DNA of 64,000 nt from an uncultured delta proteobacterium (GTDB taxonomy: Bacteria; Desulfobacterota; Binatia; Binatales; Binataceae), in contig CAWENP010000019.1 of NCBI GenBank assembly GCA_963810495.1, positions 8,710-72,709 on the forward strand, read 5' to 3'. A program made the position numbers and the translations under genes. The notes under the pieces are model-generated. The model did no database searches. It saw nothing but the letters and a program-made list of their open reading frames with translations, and was not told the DNA's origin. Of the stretch, positions 30,201 through 38,816 are shown piece after piece (the stretch's first letter is position 1; each line of letters begins with the position of its first letter).

Positions 30201-31148
30201 CTAACCCAACGGGCGCTGATTTTCAACGCGCCGCGCCGAGACGAACGCCGAGCCCATCGCGGCAAACTTCTTCTCGCGCTCGCGGCGTAGTCGAATCGGG
30301 GAGAGACGGGAGAGCCGCACGAGTTGGCGCTCGATCGCGCGGCCCAACTCGCGCGCGGCGCGCGGCGGATCCTGATGCGCTCCGCCCGGCGGCTCCGGCA
30401 CGACCTCGTCGGCCACTCCAAGCCGCAGCAGGTCGGGCGCCGAGAGCTTAAGCGCCGCGGCTGCGTCGGCCACCCGCTCCGGACCGCCCTCGCGCCACAG
30501 GATCGCGGCGCATCCCTCGGGCGTGATCACCGAATAGCAGGCGTTCTCCTGCATCAGGACGACGTTGGCGACTCCGAGCGCGAGCGCGCCACCCGAGCCG
30601 CCCTCGCCGATCACGCAGGCGATTACCGGAACCTCCAGGCGCATCATCAGTTCCAGGTTGGCGGCGATCGCCTCGGCCTGCCCGCGCTCCTCCGCGCCCA
30701 ACCCCGGCTCCGCGCCCTGCGTATCGATAAATGTGATGAGCGGAAGCCCCATGCGGCTCGCGAGATCGTACATCCGCGCCGCCTTGCGGTAGCCCTCGGG
30801 ATGGGGCTTGCCGAAATTGCGCCGGATCCGCTCCTGGGTGGAGCGGCCGCGCTGATGGCCGACGATCGCGACCGCGCGGCGTCCGAAGTAACCCACGCCC
30901 GCGACGATCGCGCCGTCGTCGGCGAAGCGGCGATCGCCGTGAATCTCGAAAAAGTCACGCACCAGATGTTCGACGTAGTCCAGGGTCTGCGGGCGCGACG
31001 GATTGCGCGCCAGGCGGACGCGCTCGATCGCGCTCAGAGCCGCTGAGACCGGCGCGGCCGGGGCGGCCGAGTCCTTTGCGTCGTCGTCGGCGGGACTGCT
31101 CATGCGCGAATTCGTCGCGCGCGGCCGGGGATGTGTCGACGTCGCCAT
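30201..31148 (-). CDS. accA: acetyl-CoA carboxylase carboxyltransferase subunit alpha
   Basis: ARNPSRPQTLDY, GHQRGRSTQERIRRNFGKPHPEGYRKA, IDTQGAEPG, GEGGSGGALA. The N-terminus is short and low-complexity compared with typical AccA. Confidence 0.9.
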   Translation of the reverse strand: MATSTHPRPRATNSRMSSPADDDAKDSAAPAAPVSAALSAIERVRLARNPSRPQTLDYVEHLVRDFFEIHGDRRFADDGAIVAGVGYFGRRAVAIVGHQRGRSTQERIRRNFGKPHPEGYRKAARMYDLASRMGLPLITFIDTQGAEPGLGAEERGQAEAIAANLELMMRLEVPVIACVIGEGGSGGALALGVANVVLMQENACYSVITPEGCAAILWREGGPERVADAAAALKLSAPDLLRLGVADEVVPEPPGGAHQDPPRAARELGRAIERQLVRLSRLSPIRLRREREKKFAAMGSAFVSARRVENQRPLG

Positions 31149-32169
31149 AGCGAGGATGTATCGGGTTCAGCGCCTTGCCGCCTGCTCGCGCGCGAAAAAT
31201 GCGCCGAGCAACTTCGAAAGCTTCCTGTAGCCCGCGCTCCGCGTCAACCCACACGATCTCGGGATCGGCGCGAAACCAGGTGAGTTGGCGCTTGGCGAGC
31301 CGGCGCGTGTCGCGCTTGGCGAATTCTACTGCCTCCGCGAGCGTCATCTCACCGCGCACGGCGGCGGCGATTTGCCGATAGCCGACGGTCCGAAGCGGCG
31401 CCTTGCCAGGATCGCATCCGGCCTCAAGCAGCGCGCGCACCTCGTCCACGAGTCCGCGCGCGATCATCTCGTCGAAGCGCCGGTTAATCGACTCGTAGAG
31501 CCGCTTGCGCTCCATCGCGAGGCCGATCGTCAATGTCTCGTACTCGCGCGCGGCAAAACGATGGCTCTGCTGATGCGTGCTTATCGGATGGCCCGTCAGC
31601 CGAAAGACCTCGAGCGCGCGCACGATACGGTAGAGGTCGCGATGGCCGATGCGCTCGGCGGAGGGCGCGTCAACTTCGGCCAGGCGCGCGTGCAGATATT
31701 CGACTCCATGCTCCGCGGCGAGCGCCTCCAGTTCGCGCCGCACCTCCGGCGCGGCGGCCGGCCCGGCGAAGATTCCGCCACGCAGCACGCGCAGATAAAA
31801 GCCGCTTCCGCCGACCACCATCACGTTACGGCCGCGCGCGGCGATCTCCGCGATCGCCGCGCGCGCGAGCTTCAAAAATTCCGCCACGTCGAGCGGTTGG
31901 TCGATCGCACGGATGTCCAATAGATGATGCGGAACGCGGCGGCGGTCCTCGGCGCCCGGCTTGGCCGTGCCGATATCCATCCCGTGATAGACCTGGCGCG
32001 AGTCGGCATTGACGATTTCCGCATCGAGGCGCTCCGCGAGCCCATCGCAGCCGCCGACTTGCCGACGCCGGTCGGCCCGACGATAAAGCCAACCCGAATC
32101 GCGCGCGCCGAAGTCGGCGGGCTTCGCCGGCGAGACCGCGTCGTCGTCGATTACCGCCGCGTTTATCAC
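30955..32169 (-). CDS. miaA: tRNA dimethylallyltransferase, with frame anomalies (P-loop out of frame, no stop before accA)
   Basis: ADSRQVYHGMDIGTAKP, VPHHLLDI, VGGSGFYL, RALEV, AKRQLTWFR. It follows mutL as in many bacteria. See the finding for the GPTGVGKS frame problem. Confidence 0.8.
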   Translation of the reverse strand: MINAAVIDDDAVSPAKPADFGARDSGWLYRRADRRRQVGGCDGLAERLDAEIVNADSRQVYHGMDIGTAKPGAEDRRRVPHHLLDIRAIDQPLDVAEFLKLARAAIAEIAARGRNVMVVGGSGFYLRVLRGGIFAGPAAAPEVRRELEALAAEHGVEYLHARLAEVDAPSAERIGHRDLYRIVRALEVFRLTGHPISTHQQSHRFAAREYETLTIGLAMERKRLYESINRRFDEMIARGLVDEVRALLEAGCDPGKAPLRTVGYRQIAAAVRGEMTLAEAVEFAKRDTRRLAKRQLTWFRADPEIVWVDAERGLQEAFEVARRIFRARAGGKALNPIHPRYGDVDTSPAARDEFAHEQSRRRRRKGLGRPGRAGLSGSERDRARPPGAQSVAPADPGLRRTSGA

Positions 32170-32190
32170 GATATCCGCCTGGTTCCTCGC

Positions 32191-34098
32191 TTAGCGGCGG
32201 AACATCCGTTCGATAAGGCCGCGGCCCCATTGGATATGGACCGGGCGGCCGTGCGGGCAATTGGTCTTGAACTCGGTACGGTCGAGTTCTTCGAGCAGCG
32301 CCGAAATCTCGGGCTCCCGGAGCACGCGGCCCACCCGCACCGAGCCGTGGCAGGCAAGCTGCTTGAGCAGCTCCTCGAACGCCGTGGCGCCGCCTGACCG
32401 AAAACCGTCCTCGCCCATCGCGTCGATCATCTCGACCAGCAGCCGCGCACCGCCGTCGGCGCCGAAGACCGCGGGCGCGCCCTTAAGCAGCAGCGTCGCC
32501 GCGCCGAACGGCTCGAGCTCGAAGCCCATCGCGCGAAACTCGCCGAGCGCCTGATGGACCTGCGGGGCGCGCGCCGGACTGAGCTCGATCGGCACCGGCG
32601 TGAGCATCGCCTGTACCCGGATACCGCCCGCGCGCAGTTCGGCGCGGAGCTTCTCGAAGGTGACACGCTCGTGCGCCGCGTGCTGGTCGACCAGGATAAG
32701 GCCGTCGTCGCCCTCGAGTGCGATGTAGCCGGCGAAGAGCTGGCCGACGACGCGCAGCCGCGAGTAAATCGGGATTTGTTTCTCGGGTATCTGCTTGTCA
32801 CCGGGATGGCCCAGCGGAATGACCTGCGCGCCGCCATTAATTGCCGCCGCCGGCGCGAGCGCTCCGGCGGAGTCATCGCTTGCGGGCGCGTCGTAGAGCG
32901 CGGCGACCTCGGCCGCTGTGCTCGAACTCCATTTGAGACCCGGCGCGCCGAGACCCAGCGCGCGTTGCTCGGCGCGCGCGAGCGTCGGCGCGTCGGGCAC
33001 CAGGCGCAGCGTCGGCGCGGCGTCTGAAGCTGCGATCAGCGCGCCGACAGGCTCGGGACGCTGCGCCACCGCGGACGGCGCGGTGGACGCCGCACCCTCG
33101 ATCGTTTGGTCGGCGAGCCGTTCGCGCAACGCATGGTACACCGCCTCGAAAACCGCGCCCGAGTTGCGAAAGCGCACCTCGGTCTTCATCGGATGAACGT
33201 TGACGTCGACGTCCTCGGGACGCATCTCGACGAACACGGCCGTGGCAGGATAGCGGCCGCGCGGAATCAGCGTGTCGTAGGCCTGCTGGACCGCGCGCTG
33301 GAGCACGCGGTCGCGCACCGAGCGCCGGTTGACGAAAGTGAAGACCATCCGCGGCGTCGGGTAGGAGTCCTGGCTGATAGTGGCGAGGCCGAAGACGCGC
33401 GCGCCGGCGCGCTGGGAGTCGAAGTGCAGCATGCGGGAAGCGACCTTCGCTCCGTGAAGCTGGCGCATCCGCTCCAGCACCGAGGCCGCGCGCGAAAGGT
33501 CGTAAACGACGCGCCCCTCGGCGACGAGCTTGAAGGCGACGCGCCAATGCGCGATCGCGAGACGCCCAATCACCTCGGCCGCGGCGCCCTGCTCGGTCGC
33601 GAGCGTCTTCAGGAACTTAAGCCGCGCCGGGGTGTTGAAAAAAAGCTCGCGGACTTCGATTCGGGTGCCGGGCGCGATGGCGCTTTCGCGCGTGAGCGAG
33701 ATTTCGCCGCCGTCGGCGACGATTTCGACGCCCGCGAGATCGGCGGGCCGCCGCGTGACTATCCGAAGGCGCGCGACGCTCGCGATCGAGGCCAGCGCCT
33801 CGCCGCGAAAGCCCATCGTGCGGATCGCCGCGAGGTCGGCGGCGTCGCGAATCTTGGAGGTCGCATGGCGGCGCAGCGAGAGGATCGCGTCCTCGCGGCC
33901 CATCCCGCAGCCGTCGTCGCTGACCGCGATAAGGCCCGTGCCGCCGCGCTCGATCTCGACGCTTATCGAGCGGGCGCCGGCGTCGAGCGAGTTCTCCACC
34001 AGCTCCTTGAGCGCCGAGGCCGGTCGCTCGACGACCTCGCCCGCCGCGATCTGGCTCGCCACCTGCTCGGGGAGAATATGGATCAGCCGTTCCGCCAT
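32191..34098 (-). CDS. mutL: DNA mismatch repair protein MutL
   Basis: GHKL ATPase N-terminus (IAAGEVVERPASALKELVENSLDAGA, DDGCGM, GFRGEAL). C-terminal endonuclease-type DQHAAHERV and CPHGRP. Confidence 0.95.
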   Translation of the reverse strand: MAERLIHILPEQVASQIAAGEVVERPASALKELVENSLDAGARSISVEIERGGTGLIAVSDDGCGMGREDAILSLRRHATSKIRDAADLAAIRTMGFRGEALASIASVARLRIVTRRPADLAGVEIVADGGEISLTRESAIAPGTRIEVRELFFNTPARLKFLKTLATEQGAAAEVIGRLAIAHWRVAFKLVAEGRVVYDLSRAASVLERMRQLHGAKVASRMLHFDSQRAGARVFGLATISQDSYPTPRMVFTFVNRRSVRDRVLQRAVQQAYDTLIPRGRYPATAVFVEMRPEDVDVNVHPMKTEVRFRNSGAVFEAVYHALRERLADQTIEGAASTAPSAVAQRPEPVGALIAASDAAPTLRLVPDAPTLARAEQRALGLGAPGLKWSSSTAAEVAALYDAPASDDSAGALAPAAAINGGAQVIPLGHPGDKQIPEKQIPIYSRLRVVGQLFAGYIALEGDDGLILVDQHAAHERVTFEKLRAELRAGGIRVQAMLTPVPIELSPARAPQVHQALGEFRAMGFELEPFGAATLLLKGAPAVFGADGGARLLVEMIDAMGEDGFRSGGATAFEELLKQLACHGSVRVGRVLREPEISALLEELDRTEFKTNCPHGRPVHIQWGRGLIERMFRR

Positions 34099-34195
34099 CC
34101 CCGGCCCCGCCCTCCACGAAAACTACGAAGCAATGGCAAAAGCATGGCAAAAGAATGGAATGTTTGGGCGCCCGACTCAAGCGCGGCGCAGCCAT

Positions 34196-34957
34196 TCATT
34201 TCGCCATGTATCCCCCGTCGACCGACATCGCATGGCCGGTGACGTAGGACGCCGCGTCCGAGCACAGCCACGCGACCGCCTCGCCGATCTCGGCCGGCTC
34301 GCCCAAGCGCTTGAGTGGTTCGGCTGAGGCGAAGCGCTGTTCCATCTCGGGGCGGCTGCTCAGCAGGCGCCCGAGCATCGGCGTGCGAATCGGCCCCGGG
34401 CATACGCAATTGACCCGGATTTTTTCGCGCCCATATTCGATCGCCGCCGCGCGCGTCAGCCCGACCACGCCGTGCTTGCTCGCGACATAGGCCGGAAGCC
34501 CCGGCGAGCCGGTAAGCCCTGCGGCCGAAGCGGTGTTTACGATCGCGCCACCGCTCTGGCGCAGCATGTGCGGAATTTCGGCCTTCATGCAGAAGAACAC
34601 GCCGCTCAGGTTGACCGCGATCGTGCGGTTCCAGTTCTCCTCGGTGCACTCGGTCACCTTGCCCATCCTTCCGTCGATCCCGGCGTTGTTGAACGCGCAA
34701 TCGATCCGGCCCCAGGTCGAGATGACCTTGGCCACTAGCGCTTCGACCTCGGCCAGTTTGGAGACGTCGCTGCGCACGAAAAGCGCCTCGGCGCCCGCGT
34801 CCTTGACCATTCGGAGCGTCTCCTCGCCGCCCTCGGCCACGATATCCGAGAGCATCAGCCTTGCACCCTCGCGCGCGAAGATGAGCGAGGCCGCGCGCCC
34901 GATACCCGAGCCCGCGCCGGTAATCAGCGCCACCTTGCCGTCCAACAATATTGCCAT
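34196..34957 (-). CDS. SDR-family oxidoreductase
   Basis: AAGGAGG RBS before ATG 34957. TGAGSGIGRA, NNAG, catalytic YVASKHGV, PGPIRTPM. Confidence 0.85.
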   Translation of the reverse strand: MAILLDGKVALITGAGSGIGRAASLIFAREGARLMLSDIVAEGGEETLRMVKDAGAEALFVRSDVSKLAEVEALVAKVISTWGRIDCAFNNAGIDGRMGKVTECTEENWNRTIAVNLSGVFFCMKAEIPHMLRQSGGAIVNTASAAGLTGSPGLPAYVASKHGVVGLTRAAAIEYGREKIRVNCVCPGPIRTPMLGRLLSSRPEMEQRFASAEPLKRLGEPAEIGEAVAWLCSDAASYVTGHAMSVDGGYMAK

Positions 34958-35095
34958 CGTAGGATGTCCTCCTTTGGATACATGCCAGGGATGTCTGCGC
35001 GTGGCCTCTTTTATGCCGCCGTCCAAGCGGATAGTGTGAGCACTCGAATCAAATGCAACAAATCCATCTAATCAAGCGGAACAGCGGAACCACCG

Positions 35096-35335
35096 ATGCG
35101 AACCTGTGAGATTTGCGGCAAACGCCCCTCAGTCGGCAACAACGTAAGCCACGCCAACAATAAGACCAAGCGCCGATGGCAGCCCAACCTGCAGGAAGTG
35201 CGCACGGCGGCCGGCGGCGGGGTCAAACGAATCCTGGTTTGCACGCGATGCATCCGCAGCGGCCGGGTCACCAAGGTCGCTCCCGGCGCGCAGGCGCGGC
35301 ACGACGCGGCAGCCGCCGCCGGCAAACGGTCCTGA
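35096..35335 (+). CDS. rpmB: 50S ribosomal protein L28
   Basis: [33 protein letters not shown]. Confidence 0.9.
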   Translation: MRTCEICGKRPSVGNNVSHANNKTKRRWQPNLQEVRTAAGGGVKRILVCTRCIRSGRVTKVAPGAQARHDAAAAAGKRS

Positions 35336-35351
35336 CGGATCAACCGGGGTC

Positions 35352-35714
35352 CTATCGGACCAGCCCAAGCAGCGGGAGCATCCGCTCCGGCGGACGCGCA
35401 ATCACCGCCTTGGCGTCCTTGACGACCACCGGACGCTGCATCAGCTCCGGATGCTTCAGCAACAGCGCGACCACGGCCTCGGCTAAGACGTAGTCCGCGG
35501 ACTTCAGCCGCAGCCCTTCGAAACGGCGATCCTTGCGCACCAGTTCGGCGGGCGGCGTATCGAGCATTGCCACGATGCGCTCGAGCGTGGTGCGGTGGAG
35601 CGGAGTTTTAAGATATTCGACGATGTCGAACTCGACACCTTGTGCGCGCAGCATTTCCAGCGCGCCGCGTGAATTCCCTCAGCCAGGGTTGTGATAGAGA
35701 GTCACCTTTTTCAT
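35352..35714 (-). CDS. arsC: ArsC-family (arsenate reductase/Spx fold) protein with in-frame TGA at the catalytic Cys position: candidate selenoprotein
   Basis: The same frame as track ORF 35352..35654 continues upstream to ATG 35714: MKKVTLYHNPG-TGA(35681..35679)-GNSRGALEMLRAQGVEFDIVEYL. This matches the YHNPxCGxSRxxLEM N-terminus of ArsC with TGA in the Cys column. Confidence 0.6.
35644..35665 (-). promoter_or_regulatory. candidate bacterial SECIS hairpin
   Basis: On the mRNA, 13 nt after the UGA: GCGCGC-UGGAAAUGCU-GCGCGC (6-bp perfect stem, 10-nt loop with G at loop position 2). Confidence 0.45.
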
Positions 35715-35869
35715 CGTGTGGAGGCCCCCCCGATGCGCTTTTCCTGCGCGATGCTTTGATTCAACATAGGTCCAATATAAGTGCTAGACCCATGCTTCAT
35801 CAGATAGCAAACGGACGGTACGTAAAGTCCGGGCGAAAGTTTCAGGACGACGACGATGATGATTCGAAG

Positions 35870-36613
35870 ATGCGCTGGCTGAATATGATCGCGGCGAAGG
35901 TTGCGAGAGCGGCGTTCGTTATCGCCTACGTCACGATAGCGCTGACGGCAATGCTCGCGATCGGCGCCGGGGCGGCGAATGCGTTACCGCATTCCGGCGA
36001 GCCCTCCGACCTGGCGCATCGCGAGGTGCCGGCGATGGCCTCGCCAGGGGCCGCCACCTGGCAGATGTCCACCCCGGTGACGGGAGTGCTGGCCGCGCCT
36101 GAGGCGGGAGGACCGCTGGCCGGCCATGAGTTGCATTTCCAGGACCGTATCAGCGGGAACATGTACACCTTGCGAACCGGGGCCAACGGCGCATTTTCGA
36201 TCATGCTGCCGCAGGGCGTTTACGATCTGCGCGGGATGCACGGCGCCGTGATCGCGCGCGGAGTGGTAGTCGGGCAAAGCCCGGTCAACCTCGGCCAGGT
36301 GAGTCCGCCCGCGCCGTACGACGTGTGGCGCCTGTTCGAGCGGCAGGAAATCGGCCAGGCGATCGTGAAGAGTCCGGCGCCCGCGACCGCCTACGTGCCG
36401 AGTCCCGGAGAAGCGCCGCAGGCGATATCGGTCACGCCGATGACCAGCCCTCAGGTGATGGGAGGGGGGCCCAATGGGCAGCCGCTCGCGCCGGCGGAGG
36501 TCATGCCGGCTCAAATACAGGAGCAAACCGAAATTCCCTCGGGTGCCGAGGCGCCGGCCCCCGGCATGCCTCCCGCGCAGGACATGGCGCCCGCGCCCAA
36601 GGGTGGCTACTGA
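35870..36613 (+). CDS. membrane-anchored/secreted protein with carboxypeptidase-regulatory-like (Ig-like) domain and Pro/Ala-rich tail
   Basis: ATG 35870, TM/signal IAAKVARAAFVIAYVTIALTAMLAIGAGAANA, then LRTGANGAFSIMLPQGVYDL-type beta-sandwich signature. The start is uncertain. Confidence 0.45.
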   Translation: MRWLNMIAAKVARAAFVIAYVTIALTAMLAIGAGAANALPHSGEPSDLAHREVPAMASPGAATWQMSTPVTGVLAAPEAGGPLAGHELHFQDRISGNMYTLRTGANGAFSIMLPQGVYDLRGMHGAVIARGVVVGQSPVNLGQVSPPAPYDVWRLFERQEIGQAIVKSPAPATAYVPSPGEAPQAISVTPMTSPQVMGGGPNGQPLAPAEVMPAQIQEQTEIPSGAEAPAPGMPPAQDMAPAPKGGY

Positions 36614-36680
36614 CGGGCCGCGCCGCTCACCACGCGCGGGCCTCGTGGCCGGACAAGTATTACGGCAACAAACTGAATCT

Positions 36681-37406
36681 CTATCCGCTGCCGCTCAGGA
36701 TGGCTTTCGCCTGCGACAGAAAGCTCTCGATTCGAGCACGTTGTACAACCATCTGATGATTCGTTCGTGCAATGAAGCGACCCTGCTCGTACTGGCTCAT
36801 ATACTCCGAGACCCGCGGCCGCGAGGCTCCCACCAACTCCGCCAGATCGCTATGGCGCACGGAAAGCCCGAGCCGCAAACCATCTCTATGGCGAATTCCG
36901 AAATCTTCGGTTAGTTCGATTAATGCCAGCGCCAGACGCTCCTTGAGGGTACAGCCCAAAAAGTTCGAGCAACGCAATTGAACCAGATTCCAGCGCCCGA
37001 GATAGTTGTGCGCCATTCGCTTGAAGTCGGTCGATTGGATGCCGAGGGAGATTTTTATGAACGCTTCCAAATCGATTGCTCCGATCTGGCAGCTCGTGAG
37101 CGCCTCGCAGCGAAAGTCATAGCTGATTCCGTTCACGGGAAGCGGGAATCCGGAGATCATTCCCGGCGCCACAATGATCACCAATCGGCGCTGCCCCTTG
37201 CGGTTGCGGCAAGTGATGCGCGCGATGCCCGATAGCAGTATATAAACGGACTCGGGAACACTCTTCTCATCGAAAATGATCTCGCGTTCTTCGACTGTGC
37301 TCACGCTCAGCGCACGGGCGAGTTTGTCCGCTCGTTTCGCCGAAAGCCACGACATGTTTTTGAGTTTCTTCAGGCCTCGGACTTCTGAAGTTCTCTTGAC
37401 AGGCAT
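36681..37406 (-). CDS. Crp/Fnr-family transcriptional regulator
   Basis: cNMP-binding-like N-terminal barrel (IFDEKSVPESVYILLSGIARI) and C-terminal HTH (HSDLAELVGASRPRVSEYMSQYE). Confidence 0.75.
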   Translation of the reverse strand: MPVKRTSEVRGLKKLKNMSWLSAKRADKLARALSVSTVEEREIIFDEKSVPESVYILLSGIARITCRNRKGQRRLVIIVAPGMISGFPLPVNGISYDFRCEALTSCQIGAIDLEAFIKISLGIQSTDFKRMAHNYLGRWNLVQLRCSNFLGCTLKERLALALIELTEDFGIRHRDGLRLGLSVRHSDLAELVGASRPRVSEYMSQYEQGRFIARTNHQMVVQRARIESFLSQAKAILSGSG

Positions 37407-37459
37407 GCCGTCAGAGTCGCAGGAAGATAAATCGATTAGCTAGTCCTCGTTCAACAATT

Positions 37460-37479
37460 TTGGTTATCCATATAACCAA
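37460..37479. promoter_or_regulatory. perfect 8-4-8 palindrome TTGGTTAT-CCAT-ATAACCAA upstream of the Crp/Fnr gene
   Basis: Read directly. The centre lies about 60 nt 5' of ATG 37406 (minus strand), in an AT-rich intergenic stretch. Confidence 0.4.
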
Positions 37480-37553
37480 TTGGTGCCTTCAGCGCGATTG
37501 GTCCGCGCCCAAGCCGCCCGCGCCGGCGGAGATCTCCCGCGCAGCTGCCGGAT

Positions 37554-37988
37554 TCAGCAAGTAGGCTTCGGGAGTGAGCGCTCCACGGTGAGGCCCACAT
37601 CCTGGCCGTAGGAAACCTCTAGGTTGTTGCCGTCGGGGTCTGCGATATAGGCCCAGTAGCCGACCGGATAGCCGGTGTCGGTGGGGCCGCTGCGCAGCCG
37701 TCCCTCGGCGCGCGCCTCGGCGCATAGCCGATCGACCTCCGCGCGGCTTTCGCATCCGACGCCCAGATGGCCGAAGGGGCCTAGCGGCGGGTCGTGCTGC
37801 TCGCGCCATTCGGCAAGCACGATCACGAAGGGCCGGGTGCCGTCGGTCATCCACGCCACCGCGATTCCGACGTCGGCGTCAGTGCGCTGATGCACGAGCC
37901 GCATGCGCGCGTACCTGGTGTAGAACGCGATACTGTCGGCGAGATTGCGGACACTCAATGCGACGTGGGTGAACCCGAGATCGGACAT
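37554..37988 (-). CDS. VOC (glyoxalase/bleomycin-resistance/dioxygenase) family protein
   Basis: FTHVALSVRNLADSIAFY, GHLGVGC, DPDGNNLEVS. AAGGAG RBS. Confidence 0.75.
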   Translation of the reverse strand: MSDLGFTHVALSVRNLADSIAFYTRYARMRLVHQRTDADVGIAVAWMTDGTRPFVIVLAEWREQHDPPLGPFGHLGVGCESRAEVDRLCAEARAEGRLRSGPTDTGYPVGYWAYIADPDGNNLEVSYGQDVGLTVERSLPKPTC

Positions 37989-38164
37989 CGTAATTTGCTC
38001 CTTGCTTTACCCCTTGCCTTGCTCCTCATCTTGCCTCTTGCGGGTGTATTTGCCTGGCAGGCAGCCGCTCTGATCGGATTACATTCCGAGCGCCGCGCTG
38101 AGTAAAGCGCCCGCCAATGAGAGGGATGTTTGATCACGCCGAAAGGGGAAAAAAGGGCCCCGGC

Positions 38165-38214
38165 CTGCGGCGGCAAGTCAAGCAGGCCAGAAGTCAGGAT
38201 GCTTGCCGCCGCAG
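38165..38214 (-). terminator. candidate intrinsic terminator after the TadE/G-like gene
   Basis: 13-bp inverted repeat CTGCGGCGGCAAG / CTTGCCGCCGCAG. On the minus strand it is followed by GCCGGGGCCCTTTTTTCCCC. Confidence 0.55.
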
Positions 38215-38260
38215 CGCCGGGTGGGGGAGAAAGCCTTTTTTACTGTTTCAAAGCACCGCG

Positions 38261-38812
38261 CTAAGCCTTGATCCCGCCAGAGAGCATCGAATCGCCCCCG
38301 CGGGCGCGCGCACGCGCAGTGCCGACAGACCATGCCGACAGGACCATTGGGCTGCCAGAGTTACGTGGCGTGGTGGACGGGCGCACCTTCGCCGTCGCCA
38401 ACGCCGTCACGTTCACACCGGCCACGCCCAGCAGCCGGAGCAGCAGGACCGGCGCCGTGCGCCGCACCGTCACATTGAACGACATCCGGTCGGACGCCGC
38501 GCGGGCACGGACAACTTCCGAAGGGCTAAGTCCGCAAAGCGCGGCCGAATGAGCCGCGGCAATCGTGGCGCGGGCGGGCGCGCCCGGCAGGAATTCGACG
38601 CCGGCCGCAGCCATGTGGGCTGCGTCGAGCTCCAAGCGGGTCTGCGTGTCCCACAGCACCAGGAGGTCGTGGGTGACCAGCGCCGCCGCCGCCGTGATCA
38701 GCATCACGCTCGCGATGAAAATCCTCGCCCATCGCGGGAGCGGAGCACCGAAGCCGCCGCGGCGACGCGCTGCCGTCAGCTGCGTGTCGGGTCCAGTCGT
38801 CGGAGTATCCAC
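38261..38812 (-). CDS. putative TadE/TadG-like (Flp-pilus assembly-like) membrane protein
   Basis: One TM helix (IFIASVMLITAAAALV) followed by LLVLWDTQTRLELDAAHMAAAG, resembling the TadG N-terminal domain. Weak by-eye call. Confidence 0.35.
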   Translation of the reverse strand: MDTPTTGPDTQLTAARRRGGFGAPLPRWARIFIASVMLITAAAALVTHDLLVLWDTQTRLELDAAHMAAAGVEFLPGAPARATIAAAHSAALCGLSPSEVVRARAASDRMSFNVTVRRTAPVLLLRLLGVAGVNVTALATAKVRPSTTPRNSGSPMVLSAWSVGTARARARGGDSMLSGGIKA

Positions 38813-38816
38813 CAGA

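Noticed and set aside
37990-38045. Six closely spaced CTTGC (GCAAG on the coding strand) motifs in the leader of the VOC-family gene, possibly regulator or CsrA-type sites
   Set aside because: The motif is short with irregular spacing, and one copy simply overlaps the AAGGAG ribosome-binding site. It cannot be distinguished from chance by eye.
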